Shown here in pieces: positions 50,756 through 62,648 of a stretch of DNA of 64,000 nucleotides. A program made the translations under genes and the position numbers. The number at the start of each line of letters is the position of its first letter. The first letter of the stretch is position 1. This DNA is from Penicillus capitatus (taxonomy: Eukaryota > Plantae > Chlorophyta), in NCBI GenBank assembly GCA_965649825.1, contig OZ287699.1, positions 1,456,477-1,520,476 of the forward strand. Reading direction: 5' to 3'. The notes beneath the pieces were generated by a model that was not told the origin of the DNA, made no database searches, and saw nothing but the letters and a program-made list of their open reading frames with translations.

Positions 50756-52761
50756 ATGGAGAAACTTGAAGTACGGATCGCGCTTTGTCCACGGAAAGGA
50801 TCGTCGTTCTCTGTAGGAATATCTTGAGCGACTTGACAAAGTCGTAACGCGATTCGAGGCATTGAAGGCAAACATTCCCAAAGATCTATTCGTCGGAAAT
50901 TGCTTTTGTAGACTGTCCCAGTTGGCAGCGGCGCACCCGCAGCCATCAACACAGTCCGCAATTGGATACGTCTGAGATGGCAGAAACCTCTTCGTGCAGG
51001 GAACGGCGCCGTCAGCTGTGAGTGGCGAGAGTGCTCCAGTTGCTCTGAATTCTGTGAGTGCCTTCCAACAAGTCGTCAATGTTCAAGTCACAAAAGTTGT
51101 GCAAATTGCAAACACTATCAATTCCGATGGTCTCATTCTACCGGATGCCTACAGAAATGAGGTATTGTACTTCAGGCCTTGTGTATTTGGTTGACCCCCC
51201 TTTTTCTGTTGTCCTTAGATTGTATCTGTGACGTCTTTGCTGTCCAAAGCATTCGAAGTATGACGCATTGGCTGTCCTGCGCACACTGTGAATGATGTCG
51301 TCTGGCACAGGCCTCTGTTCACATCATTGACGCCATGTCCAAGTGCAAGCAGCCCCATCCCACCGAACTGCAGAAGCTTGTCAAGCCGATGGTTGAGATC
51401 TTGACGGATGCGATGGAACGCACAGAGGGCAAGAGAACAGATCCGTTTAATCACCAGAAAACGATCGCTGAGTTTTTGCAAGCCTTAACATGGGTTGGCC
51501 TCACAGCTGACGCAGGTGTGGCATCCAGATCCTTTCTGAAATCACCGTTGTTGCAGGAAAGCCGTCCATCCACGTGGACATGTGTTGGCAAAGTGCCGAG
51601 TTTTATGGAAACAAGATTTTGAAGGAATTCAGGACCAAAGATCCAAAACATGTTGAATGGGTGGAGGCCTTGAAAGTCATTACACTGCCACAGACCTGAT
51701 CAGACCACTGAGTGCATTATTATGCAACAGGCTATTTCCGTGGCGCTGAAGGGTTATGTCACTAAATATCATTCAAAGGAACCGAAGTGGAATGCGGATG
51801 GTGTATCTGTTTCGGAATTCCTAGGAACAGGCAATTGTTGTTCACTTGGCTGGAGATGGGTCAGCTATATTGAATTGTAGATCCTCCGCCTGTGACAACC
51901 CCTGTCGTGGCACCAAAGAAAGAGATCCCTCCGCCTTCTCCGATGAAGGCGACGACACACTGGCAACCCGATCCACACAAACCTGCCCCTGTCGGCGACG
52001 CTTTTACAGAAATGAGAAAGGTTCTGTTCCCCACTGCATGACTGCACGGGACATGCGAACTTCTATTCAGGGTCTGAAAAAGGTTGGAAAGAGCCCTCCA
52101 CCGAAAAAGGAAGAAACAACGAAAGCACCTTTTCAAGAGGCAAAGCTTAGAAGCGTTACTCCTCGAGCCAAACCGCCCAGGATGGAGTTAGAGATGGATA
52201 AGAAATGGAATGTCGAATATTACAAGGACAATAACGAAGTCATCGTCGATCAAGCTTTGCCAAAACACACCGTCTATATCTTTCAATGTCAAGACTCTGT
52301 TATCCAAGTGCGTTCCCGCCACCAGGAATCCAAGTCATGGGATGTATGGATCAGGTGAAAGGAAAGGTGAATGCCATCACGGTGGACGCCTGCAAGAAAG
52401 TGGGCGTCGTCTTTGAGGACGTCGTCTCTCTAGTGGAGGTCATCAACTGCTCCAGGACAGACATCCAATGCACAGGCCATGTTTCCACGATCACCGTCGA
52501 CAAATCTGATGAATGCAAGGTCCGTTTGTTCGTTGTTCTATCGTCTGTCGGTAGATTTTGGATGTGGAGCAGATGTATGTACCTGAGAGCTCTTCGGACG
52601 TTGGTATTACAACAGCGAAGTCCAGTTCGATTAATGTGACGCTAACAAAAACCGATCCAAACGAAGATCCGATGGAACACGCCATTCCTTATCAGTTTAT
52701 TTCGAAATTCAAGAACGGCAAGCTTGTCACTGAACCAGTGGAACATGCAGGCGCCGCATAG
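50756..52761 (+). CDS. CAP1: Adenylyl cyclase-associated protein (actin regulator)
   Basis: MEKLEEYLERLDKVVTRFEAL, FNHQKTIAEFLQALTWV, proline-rich linker, KKWNVEYY, KGKVNAITVD, ITTAKSSSINV, EHAIPYQF..KLVTEPVEHAG. Confidence 0.95.
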
Positions 52762-53055
52762 AACACATGAAAACAGACTGCTTTTGGAATTTGGCATGTT
52801 GCTTGGAAATAACGCTGTGCTTCAGCTTCAACGAATCCGTGAAAATACGAAGGAAACATCTTTCAACATAGTATTGACAAAACATGTGCGATGATTTTGA
52901 CCTTGGTTTGTTGTCATTCAGAGGCCCTCTAGAGGAAAGGAGCTAAGAAGAAAAATCTGTGAGATAAACGTCCAGTTCTAACTCATGGAATCATCATCTA
53001 TCTCCCCAGTCTGCTATTCCTATAGCATGACTTCATCGTCGTAACAGAGCGAATA

Positions 53056-54324
53056 TCATTGCGTGACTGGTAATCCAGACGACGTCTCCTTGTGTGGTTC
53101 CATAGATGTACTACCAGCAGCTTTGAACTTGTTGACGGCAGTGACAAGATTATAGGCCTTTCTCCATTTCTCAAAAGTGCTGCGCATTTTCGCGTGTGTT
53201 AATGGCAGTGGTGCTGGCTCTGGCATTGCGTCCTTCATCCATGGGTGATTCAATGTCTCTTCGGCGGTTAATCTCCTTTCGGGGTTCACAACGAGTAGCT
53301 GTGCTACCAGATTCTTGGCCGATTTCGATACAGATCTCCAGACGGGGTCATCGAATCCCCACCGACCGTGTCTAATGAGATCGAACAGTACAGCATCGGA
53401 TTTGGCATAAAACGGAGGATATCCGCCGAGGAGAATAAACAGAATCACCCCAGCACTCCACATATCTACAGCAATGGTGTATGAGTTCTTATCTGCTCCG
53501 CAAATGATCTCTGGCGCCACGTATTGTGGCGTTCCCACAATGGTTGACATCTTTCCTCCCTGAGTGAGTTTTGCCAAACCGAAGTCTGTTATCTTTATCT
53601 TTGAGATATCTCCTGAACAGAAGAACAGTTTATCCGATGCACATCGCAAATGCGCGAGCTTACCTTTGTTAACAAGTAGTAAATTTTCGAGTTTCAGATC
53701 TCTGTGTGCCACATTCTGAGAGTGCAGATAAGAGATGCCTTCCATCAGTTGCCGAAAACAGGATCGGGCAACATCCTCAGAATATCCTTCTGTGTTATCG
53801 AGAACAGCGTCTAAAAGCTCTCCTCCCTTGAGTAACTCAGAAACCAGATAAACAGATTGATGATCGAAATAGAATTCGAGCAGGCCCACGATGTTCTTGT
53901 GATCCAGACCACAAAGAATCTCGATTTCTTTGAAGATGTCTTCACGCGAATTCTCTGTGTCTGCGACGATTTCGCCATAGCCTGGTAATCCCATAATCTT
54001 GCATGCATAGACCTCGCCTGTGCGTCTCCGTGTCGCCTGACGAACAGTTGCGAATCCACCACTTCCAAGCACGCCTCCCAAACGGTATACATCTCGCACG
54101 CTCACTCCAGATTGATACTTCGATGACTGCGTCGCTTTCTGTTCGAATGGTCCGCCGGGATTCAAACGAGGAGGTATTTCTTCCGGTTGCGGCGCAGTGG
54201 AAGGTGTGCTGTCGTTCGGTGGAAAGTGCTTATTAAACGATTCATTGGCACTGTTAAGGTTCTGGTCCCCCGAATTGCCAGTGATGCAGTTGTAGAGTCT
54301 TAGACAAAGACCGCCACAAGCCAT
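53056..54324 (-). CDS. CaMK-group Ser/Thr kinase (CaMKI-like) without EF-hands
   Basis: [45 protein letters not shown]. In-frame 51-nt intron 53613-53663. C-terminal FEKWRKAYNLVTAVNKF resembles a calmodulin-binding helix. The ORF stays open upstream to 54591, so the start is uncertain. Confidence 0.9.
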   Translation of the reverse strand: MACGGLCLRLYNCITGNSGDQNLNSANESFNKHFPPNDSTPSTAPQPEEIPPRLNPGGPFEQKATQSSKYQSGVSVRDVYRLGGVLGSGGFATVRQATRRRTGEVYACKIMGLPGYGEIVADTENSREDIFKEIEILCGLDHKNIVGLLEFYFDHQSVYLVSELLKGGELLDAVLDNTEGYSEDVARSCFRQLMEGISYLHSQNVAHRDLKLENLLLVNKGKLAHLRCASDKLFFCSGDISKIKITDFGLAKLTQGGKMSTIVGTPQYVAPEIICGADKNSYTIAVDMWSAGVILFILLGGYPPFYAKSDAVLFDLIRHGRWGFDDPVWRSVSKSAKNLVAQLLVVNPERRLTAEETLNHPWMKDAMPEPAPLPLTHAKMRSTFEKWRKAYNLVTAVNKFKAAGSTSMEPHKETSSGLPVTQ

Positions 54325-54666
54325 GGGAATGGAAAGAACGTCGATGAGCTCTGGAGTTCGCAAAACGAGTGAAGACTTCTCCGCGAGCGTACCCTGTCGC
54401 GTCATCGGAAATCGGAAGAAATGTAGTAGCGTCTCGAAGAAAACACAAGAGGCAACACGCGTCTTCTCAACCGACACTTCTACAACAAAAGCCAACCCCT
54501 CCCCATTGCCATCATAACGCAAGTAACCAACCATCTCTCTGCCACGGTTGCCGTTACGACAAATTTCCAATAGTTTCTCGCCTTTTCGCACTTTATTCAG
54601 AGTGAGGGACAGAGAGCTCTCTGAACGAGGTCGGTGTCGATGGCTGAGGCTTCACGCATTGGTTGA

Positions 54667-56078
54667 TCAGGTGGGAAAGGCAACGAGTCGCACAATGGCG
54701 AGTTGTCGATCGACGCTACTCTGGCCTAGATTTCCAAGTGCACAGACAGCATTCCATCTAACATGAACAGCATGATGTGTTGGCAGAGATGATCTTGCTG
54801 AATCTTACCGAGTGCGTTCCTCAGTTGCGTTGAGCAGAGTGAGCATTTTTTCGATGCCTCCATGTTCCTCGATAGCATCGCATCCCTCCTCGCAGCAAGA
54901 GAGATTTGCAAGCACGCAGGATGCGCTCACTCGACAGTATTCGCAATCCGAGTCCAGCAATCTGAGAGCGGGCTGAACAGCGCCCTCTTTGATAATATTA
55001 TGGCAGGTATCTTTGTTCTTGCTGAGAATGTCCAGCACAAAAGCGGCCTGTTCTCGACAAACATCGTTTGTATCTTCAAGCATAGAGACAAGCGTCCGCA
55101 CTCCCTTTTCGACGACAATGATCTTTTGAATTTCTGTATCGTTCTCGCAGAGGTTCACAAGAGCGTTTGCTGCATTGAGACGGGAACCATCAGATTCACT
55201 CCTCAGTTGACGGACAATGCTCTTGATGCCACCTTCCTTGATCATCTCACTTCTGCAGAGTGGATCATCTGCGATGTGTGCGATGACGATCGTCGCCCAC
55301 ATGCGTGATGACTCATCTCTGCCGTGCAGCAGTTTCAACAGAGGAATGATTCCACCTTCAGAATTCAAGGTGTTCTTCAGTGTTGCATCTGGGGACGTCG
55401 TCATGAGGTTTGCTAATGCCATGGCAGCCTGTTGGGTGCCTCCAGCATCGGGTGATTTGAGCAAGCGGACGAGCATGGGAATGCCACCTTCTGTCCTGAC
55501 CGCTTCTTTCGAATTCTTGTCTTCGGCGACGATCATTCCGATGGTACGGGCAGCACATGCCTTCTCTCGATCTCCTCCATAAGCCAATAGACGGACCTGC
55601 ATCGCGTGCCATGATGCAGAAGGGAATGGGAGCACTCTACTCTCTGTACATACCAGAGCAGGAAGACCTCCTTCTTCGACAATCGCACTCCTATTGTCGA
55701 CGTCGTCGGCCAAAAGGGAGACAGCGAAGACGGCATTCGATCGACATTCTCTGTCTCTGCTCTTCAGTAGTTCCACGAGCGGGCCGATGCCACCTGGACA
55801 GGTTAACACACATACATCGTCATTTCAGTTGTTGTGGATGGGCTGATTGACCTTCTTGCACAATGGCTTCCCTGTTGCTTCGGTCGTCTGCTATGTCAGC
55901 CAATCGCCTTGCAGCTCTGCGTTTTCTCGTGGCGGACCCGGAACGGCGTAACGATTCGATTTCTTGACTGATGTTTGCTCCCATAATCTGTCTTGAATGT
56001 CGCTGTAATGATGTGCAAACGATACGGCACGTGATCTGTCACTGGAGACGGGGAGAGAAGACGTTGAGCTTCCATCAT
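54667..56078 (-). CDS. Armadillo-repeat protein
   Basis: About 8-9 ARM repeats: GGIGPLVELLKS, GGLPALV, GGIPMLVRLLKS, GGIIPLLKLL, GGIKSIVRQL, GAVQPALRLL, GGIEKMLTLL. Last exon RWNAVCALGNLG..FPT*. Confidence 0.9.
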
Positions 56079-56148
56079 TCAACCGTGAATGCACCCGATC
56101 CCTTCAGAACTCGGAAGTTAAGCGCGGTTTGGGGTCAGTAGTACTGCC

Positions 56149-58329
56149 ATGAGTGATCTGGCGGGAAATCGACCTGTGGAAGCTTATTGGTAAGCATTCC
56201 TGTGGATAACAGTACGACACTGAACGCACCATACCCTTTTACAACCTTCCTTGTCAGGATGGAATTTCTTTCAAAGGCCTGGCGTCAAGTTTTCCCCGAA
56301 GACGCGCACCGCACCGAGACTACCTACAGCGGACATCTGCTGTCCTTTGCTGAATACGCCGCATGTCGACTCTTGCGCGTGCCACCGTCTACGGAACGGA
56401 AAGTGCGCATTGTTTGTCCTTTCTTCCTTCATCTGTACAAAGCAGTTGCACTGATTTTGAACAGGGACCCATTTATCAAGCGTTGGTTGAAATTGCTCGG
56501 AGTTACCTGAGGGCAGACGTCAAAGCCATCTCAAATTGCATCACACGTTACAGGATGTCCACGTTGATGAACGACATAGCGGATGCTTCATCGACCGGTC
56601 CGCATGATTTAGAACTTGTGACATCCCCCTGCTCAGAAATATCGTCATGATCTGATGTGTGCTGTGCTGACAGTTGAAAAATTTAATGCTCTTGCTCGAA
56701 AGACTTCTCAGGGAGTATCTTGGAGAGAACTGGGACATGATTGAAGATGTGCTGAAGATCAATAGTGAATCTGAGATGCGCAAATCGGACAGCGTGTCCT
56801 CGCTCAGTAGGTCCGTTGTAATCAGGAGGTTAATATATTGTAGATATAGCTAATTCATCTTTTTGGCAGACATAGGCATTCCAGTTCCCAAATGCTTCAA
56901 GCCAAAGATCGTGCTCGTAGGAATTGGCAGCGGGCATATCGTGTTGCCATCAAACAGATTGTTCTGGATACATTCAGCGTCAAGAGAAAACTCATGACGA
57001 TGACGCAGGTCTTAAAAGAAGTGAATCGAACGTCATCTCGTCTGGAGAATGGTGATGTTGGATCCCCTTCAAAGAGAGCTCCCATTTTGTTGTTGTTGGG
57101 CGGCGGCATGGCTGCTGGAAAGAGCACTGTCAGAGAAATCATTGGATCAGATGCCTTCTGGAGCAAGGTTTAAGATCTTCAGAATCTCGAGCGATTAGCG
57201 TTACGAGTTGACGCTTATGCAAGGTTGGGGAGGATGCCGTTGTTGTGGAGGCAGATGCCATCAAGAATCAGGATATTGTGTTTCAGACACTTCAAGCCCG
57301 ATTGGGTGTGTGCCTATCTGTTTTTGCGAATGGAGACACTCAATCTATTTCTGTCTGTTCCAGGCGATGATGATCCAAGCATCAGTCAACTGGTGCACGA
57401 ATATTCAACAAAGGCAGCTGAGGGCATGTTGGTTCGCGCATTGAATGAACAGCGCGACATTGTTTTCGATGGGACGATGACATGGCTACCCTTTGTAGAG
57501 CAGACAGTGGCAATGGCTAGAGACCATGAACACAACTACCGACGAGGTCCAGGTTACTATCATGACAAAAATGGAGTCGTCCACGAGAAATATTGGGAGA
57601 TTGATCACGATGCGCCTGTGAAACCAGAGAGCAAACTTCCTTACAGAATCGAGCTCGTCGGCGTCACTTGCGATCCAGGTATAGATTCCTCTGTCTATTT
57701 CTGTCTTTTTACAACAGATACGGAATCTGCAGGACTGGCTGTTGCCCGAGGGATCTGGAGAAAAATCCGAACTGGCAGAGGCGTCCCCGTTAGTTCACAG
57801 CTACGATCACACAGGCACATCCATCCATGTCTTTTTTGCTGTTTTTTGTGAAGTCGTGATCAACAGGCTCTTCAGTCGGAACTTTGAGGCGATGGCGAAA
57901 TTGGTGGACAGTGCTACGCTTTATCATACCGGGTCAAATCTCACCACTTTCACACATTGCGAGGAAGACATCAAATCGCCCAAGGCAAAATCCCTTCTTT
58001 AGGAGACACAAGGAATGCGTATGCTCTGTCAGTAGGTTATCTGCCACAGTAGCTCTGTAACGCGAGGCGAATTGCTGGTGAATCCAGAAGCAATGAGAGC
58101 GTTCTCACGGATACAGCACTTGAACGACGAAGCCACAAGTGTTTCAACATTGTACACGAAGAGATGTCATTCCCAGGCATCCGGTGTCAGCTTGGAACGC
58201 ACACTCACGTCATTCATTGGCTCAGGTCCTTTCAGCTCTGTCAGAAGCAAGCTCATGGAAGCGAATAAAAGTACAGCAGAAGATGATACCATCAAGCATG
58301 GAATCGTAGAGGCCGATGATTATGAATGA
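56149..58329 (+). CDS. NADKc: Zeta-toxin-fold P-loop kinase, CaM/Ca2+-dependent NAD kinase (NADKc)-like
   Basis: Walker A LLLGGGMAAGKSTVREII, VEADAIKNQD, LNEQRDIVFDGTMTWLPFVEQT, YRRGPGY, PYRIELVGVTCD. Basic amphipathic RARRNWQRAYRVAIKQ segment. Confidence 0.88.
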
Positions 58330-58845
58330 CGTGCTTGCGATGCATGCAGCTTTTTCTGTTGCGAGGACATTTTCGGATTCTTGTCTTTTTAGAGCATCAG
58401 GTATTGCTTACTTCGATCTCCGTTAAGTTTTCACTGATTCTGGCAAAGACAGAACCAAGATTCTCTAGTCGATTCGCTAGTAGCTTCCTTTCGTTTGCTA
58501 CCTTCGGCATCGAGGTGTCTTTCTCATCAGATAAAGTTCGTTGCAGTTCTAGCATGAAAGACAGGTTACCCATTAGAACCCTGTCAGTGACTTGTCTGTC
58601 ACAAGACATCTCCATTTCAATTTCGTTTACCTGTTCGCAGAGATGACAGTGTCTGCGCGAGTTGCCGCTGTTCTTCGAGGATTCCAGCGATATCTTCGTT
58701 TTTCTCCGTCAGAAATGCATCGATGCCGTGTGCAAGACCAGGCCTCCTGCCTTCGCCACCTAACAGACGTGACAACACAGAAAGAGCGACCAACAGAGCA
58801 ACTCACTCTCACTCGGCTGATCCGACATTGTCCACGAATGGGCAT
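58320..58845 (-). CDS. Hypothetical 137-aa protein with transit-peptide-like N-terminus and coiled coil
   Basis: Exons 58845-58760, 58703-58412, 58355-58320; two 56-nt introns in consistent phase. The second intron is GTAAGC..CAG; the first acceptor is a weaker GAG. Confidence 0.55.
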
Positions 58846-58897
58846 AATCACCGAATGAAGGTTGCGTCCACCTGCGTGTGACTTCTACACCACAATC

Positions 58898-59377
58898 ATG
58901 TATTCCGCGGCGTATGCGTTACCTCCAGAATGGGGGTCTGGTCTTTTCGATTGCCGGAGAGATTGCCATACCTGCTGTGTGGGATACTGTGTTCCCTGTA
59001 TTCTTTACGCCGTCAATGGACAGAAGGTCAGAGGGCTGAACCATCGGACATATTGGACAGATTTCTTTCTCTACTATTTCATATACTGTTGTTTCACGGG
59101 ATGTCGGTTTCTTTTGGGTGTGCAGCGTCGAACAGAACTCAGGCAGAAATACAATCTACCTGAGAAACCGTGCTCCGACTGCTGTGTTCACTTTTGGTGT
59201 CATCCATGCGCTCTGTGTCAAGAAGGCCGAGAGATTGACCAACGCCTGATCGAAGCTGTACAACGTCACATCTCCATGCAGAATGTGGGAGGTCAAGCAG
59301 CATCAGAGGCAACCTTCGCCACGAGGCCGCCTCAAGAATCTCCTGGTCCCTCAAACCAATGGAATGCTGTGCTATAG
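58898..59377 (+). CDS. PLAC8 family Cys-rich protein (PCR/CNR/FW2.2-like)
   Basis: Single exon. WGSGLFDC, CCVGYCVPC, RTELRQKYNL, DCCVHFWCHPCALCQEGRE. Confidence 0.95.
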   Translation: MYSAAYALPPEWGSGLFDCRRDCHTCCVGYCVPCILYAVNGQKVRGLNHRTYWTDFFLYYFIYCCFTGCRFLLGVQRRTELRQKYNLPEKPCSDCCVHFWCHPCALCQEGREIDQRLIEAVQRHISMQNVGGQAASEATFATRPPQESPGPSNQWNAVL

Positions 59378-60710
59378 ATGAACCAACCCACTGTCTTATC
59401 GCTGCTTCTAGAATCTGATCTCACCGCTGCTGATAGCTTGCTGTTATCCAATGAATTTGTCATATCTGGAAATTAGGGTCATCTGCCATGATCGTTCGAT
59501 GACTGCTTGACATTTCTGTGTCAGTCATGCTGTCAAATCACCATGAGCTAGCTGTGTGCACCATCCATCCTCTTTGACGCATGGATCTATCTCCTTTGAG
59601 ATATGCATGTGTCGCAGAAACGATGAGAATAATGTCGATCTGCTTTGAATCGGACTGAATGGGTGCATTCGCACATTCGATGTAAGAATTAAGTGACCCT
59701 CAAATCGTCCATAAGAAGAAAAGCGAAATTCCACTCGTCTCTTCATCATCAACGAAATGCGACAGACTGACTTCTTCGTCCAATGGCAACTGTCTGAATG
59801 TTTTTGTGTACCAAGTATGCCCGAACTAAAGGTATGCTGAGTTCCGTATGTTATGGCAATGAATGAATGATGTGAACAACTGTTCTACAATCGAAATTTT
59901 GGGTTTCTGCCATTGAGAGATAGATGGCACTGGCCACACACCCAGTTACCATCATCATCGAGAGACACTCGAAGATATCTTGCACGTTTCGGTGGCTTAT
60001 CCCTCTGTGCAGTACTCAGAATATTTGAGCCATAACAGTCGCAAAGTATGACCCCGACGACGGATCCCTTTGGATTGAGTAAACAGTATAATTTTAATCG
60101 ATGTCATGCACTTTCATCTGTTGTCCGTTTCACCTTTTCTCAGCGCCGACGAGACGCAAAGCAAGACAGGTGGTATCAATGCATCCTTCTGTACATTACC
60201 AAAGAAACGAACGAACTAACGACCAGCTTCGAAAGCTGTCTGCCATTGATGTGGATGTTGACGGCGGTGTGAACACACGGCGATGATGAAAACGATCAGA
60301 AACCACAGCCATGCAGTGAGGTCGTATGAACTAGGAGATCGCTTTGATGTAACATCTGCGCGACAAAATTGGCGACAGGTTTCATCACCTTTTCTTCACT
60401 TGCGACGCAACAGAGCCGAACTTACGAATATGGGCAAACGTCTTCTCCTGCCTCGTTGCACAGAGAAACTGGCAATTTTATGTTACAGCATGAGACGGGT
60501 ATTTTCTTAACAATTTTGATCCAGTACGATACACGACGTGCCGCTCTGGACGCGGACGGTTGGCGGTACGACTTGTTTCAGAACGGGAGGCTTACAGTCA
60601 TCTGTTGACAGCTGCGCCTTAGTCAAGATTTGAAAGACAACGCGACACCGTTCTGCCTGTGATTTTATCAACTTAGCAACTTGGGTGGTCGTCACGTTCG
60701 ACGCGGAAAT

Positions 60711-62648
60711 ATGTCCGAACTCATGGCTTCAACGAGTCCTTCCACTTTGTCAAGCCAGGTAGGTGCCAACATAGCCGCCGTACGCGATTCTTAGGCGACA
60801 TCAAGAAACCTCATTTTTGAGAAACGCGCCCTACGGACGAAGAACCACTCGACAGTTGAGAGGGTTTGCGTTCTCCTTTACATTGGCACTATTTACACGG
60901 CTGTCGTGGCGATGTCGCCAACGCTTTTTAGAAAGTGCACGAAATCTGCGTCTTTCTGTTTCTATCCGTGCCGTTGGTGTTGTTTTCTAGCATTGTCGAC
61001 TGCTCACTGCGCATCTGCTGGTTTCGAAGCATTTGCTTTGTAGGAGTGCTGCTGTCTTTGTCCTTCAGCCTCTTCTGCTTCGGACGAACTGTCGCTCAAT
61101 GCGCCAGAATATATGACAGATGAATTCAGAATGAAGCACTTCAAGGTGCGGCATCAGAATACCAGCTGTTGTTCGCAACTGTTAAGTTGCGTCTCCATGA
61201 AAGATTGACAAGTGTCCAAAACTCCACGCTCATGATTGGACGACGTGCCCTTTGGCTCACGATGGAGAAAAGGCCCGACGCAGAGACCCTGAGAAATTCA
61301 AGTACGCGGCTATTGCTTGTATCGACATGAAGAATGTGAGCACATCCATCTGTCTATCTGTGGGACATCCATGACAATATTTGTTTGCTGTCTGATAGAA
61401 TGGTCATTGCCCAAGGGGTGACAGTTGTCCATACGCTCACAATGTATTCGAGTATTGGTTGCATCCAACAAGGTAAGTGACATCGTGTGCTGCTCGCAGT
61501 CTGAATGAACATTGGATGTGTGTGTGGCTATCAGATATCGCACGCAGGTATGCCACGACGGAATGAAGTGTAAAAGACAGATCTGCTTCTTCGCTCACCG
61601 TCTTGAAGAACTGCGCATACCACCACGCAAACCTGGATTTCCACCTGAATGGAACAAAGGAAGGAAGCACAAGTACACAGCAGCGTCTTCTTCTGCTTCA
61701 TGCACTTACTCTATTGTGGATTGACAGAAATAGAAATTCGAACTCAAAGAAGAAAACGGCATGCACTCAGAATGATGTAGGTACGAAAGGTACATCTGAG
61801 CCTGTCGCCAAGATCAGTTCGTATCCTCGACGCCATGTTGGACAAACGAACTTGATGAAGGAGCCGCCCCATCCGAGTACGGCTTTCAACGGCTCTCCGC
61901 ATCGTCTGATGCTTGGCAACGTGATGCAAGATGCTGAGTCTGTCAGAAAACAGTGCGATGCTGTATACTACCCTACTATGTCATCTGCTGGACATAATCT
62001 CTACCACACTCAAAACAACCAACTTTTCACTGATCAACAGCATCGAGCTGTTCAATCCGACACACAGTCGTCTCGGGTAATGCGTGACCCCTCCCTGTCT
62101 GCCACACAGACATCTGTCTGGCTGGATATGCAATGATGGTGGTGTTGTTGTTGTTGCTGTAGGGTCTGCAGTATTATGCGTCAAGACTTGAACAAGCATT
62201 ATACTGTCCTGGGGTTGACTTCGATTTGAAACAGAAGAAGGAGCACACTTCTGACAATGATGGATATGTCCCTGTGCAACGTGGCGATCTGTTTGGACTG
62301 GACAGGATGAATCCAGACTTGCTTTCAGATATATCCACTGGATGTGATGCTAGTAGCGCGTCCTACCTCGCAGGATCGTCGCTCAATTCGCCGGAAGCGA
62401 GTCATATTCACTCCCCTCAGAACATTGCACCTTTCCCGGGTCTGTGTCTATCCTCTTGGCCGAATAGGCCGACTGAGAGGAGCTCGCTGCTGACAGGAAT
62501 GGGATCTTCTGATCTGAGCTCTCCTGTGACTCCTCAGAGCACAGAGTACTCTTCGGTGAAGCTCGATCAGGGAGTTCTGAATCATCCTTCCTTTCACAGC
62601 CAGCGTTTCATGGTCCCCAGCTTCTATCATCAACCATATGCGTATTGA
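60711..62648 (+). CDS. Plant-type tandem CCCH zinc-finger protein (RR-TZF)
   Basis: DEFRMKHFK|[46 protein letters not shown]|[19 protein letters not shown]. The 5' exons (60711-60758, 60795-60863) are tentative; the core starts at ~61044. Confidence 0.9.

Noticed and set aside
50609-51079. 156-aa minus-strand ORF upstream of the PARG-like gene
   Set aside because: It starts with TTG, is antisense to CAP exons 1-4, and stops before the PARG ATG.
54325-54591. 89-codon N-terminal extension of the CaMK-like kinase
   Set aside because: It starts with GTG, looks UTR-like in composition (runs of Phe/Val/Cys codons) and has no motif; kept only as start-site uncertainty.
59890-60110. LAMTOR5/roadblock-like or RanBP2 zinc-finger-like snippets on the minus strand
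   Set aside because: Only partial pattern matches, with wrong spacing and order, and no complete gene model.
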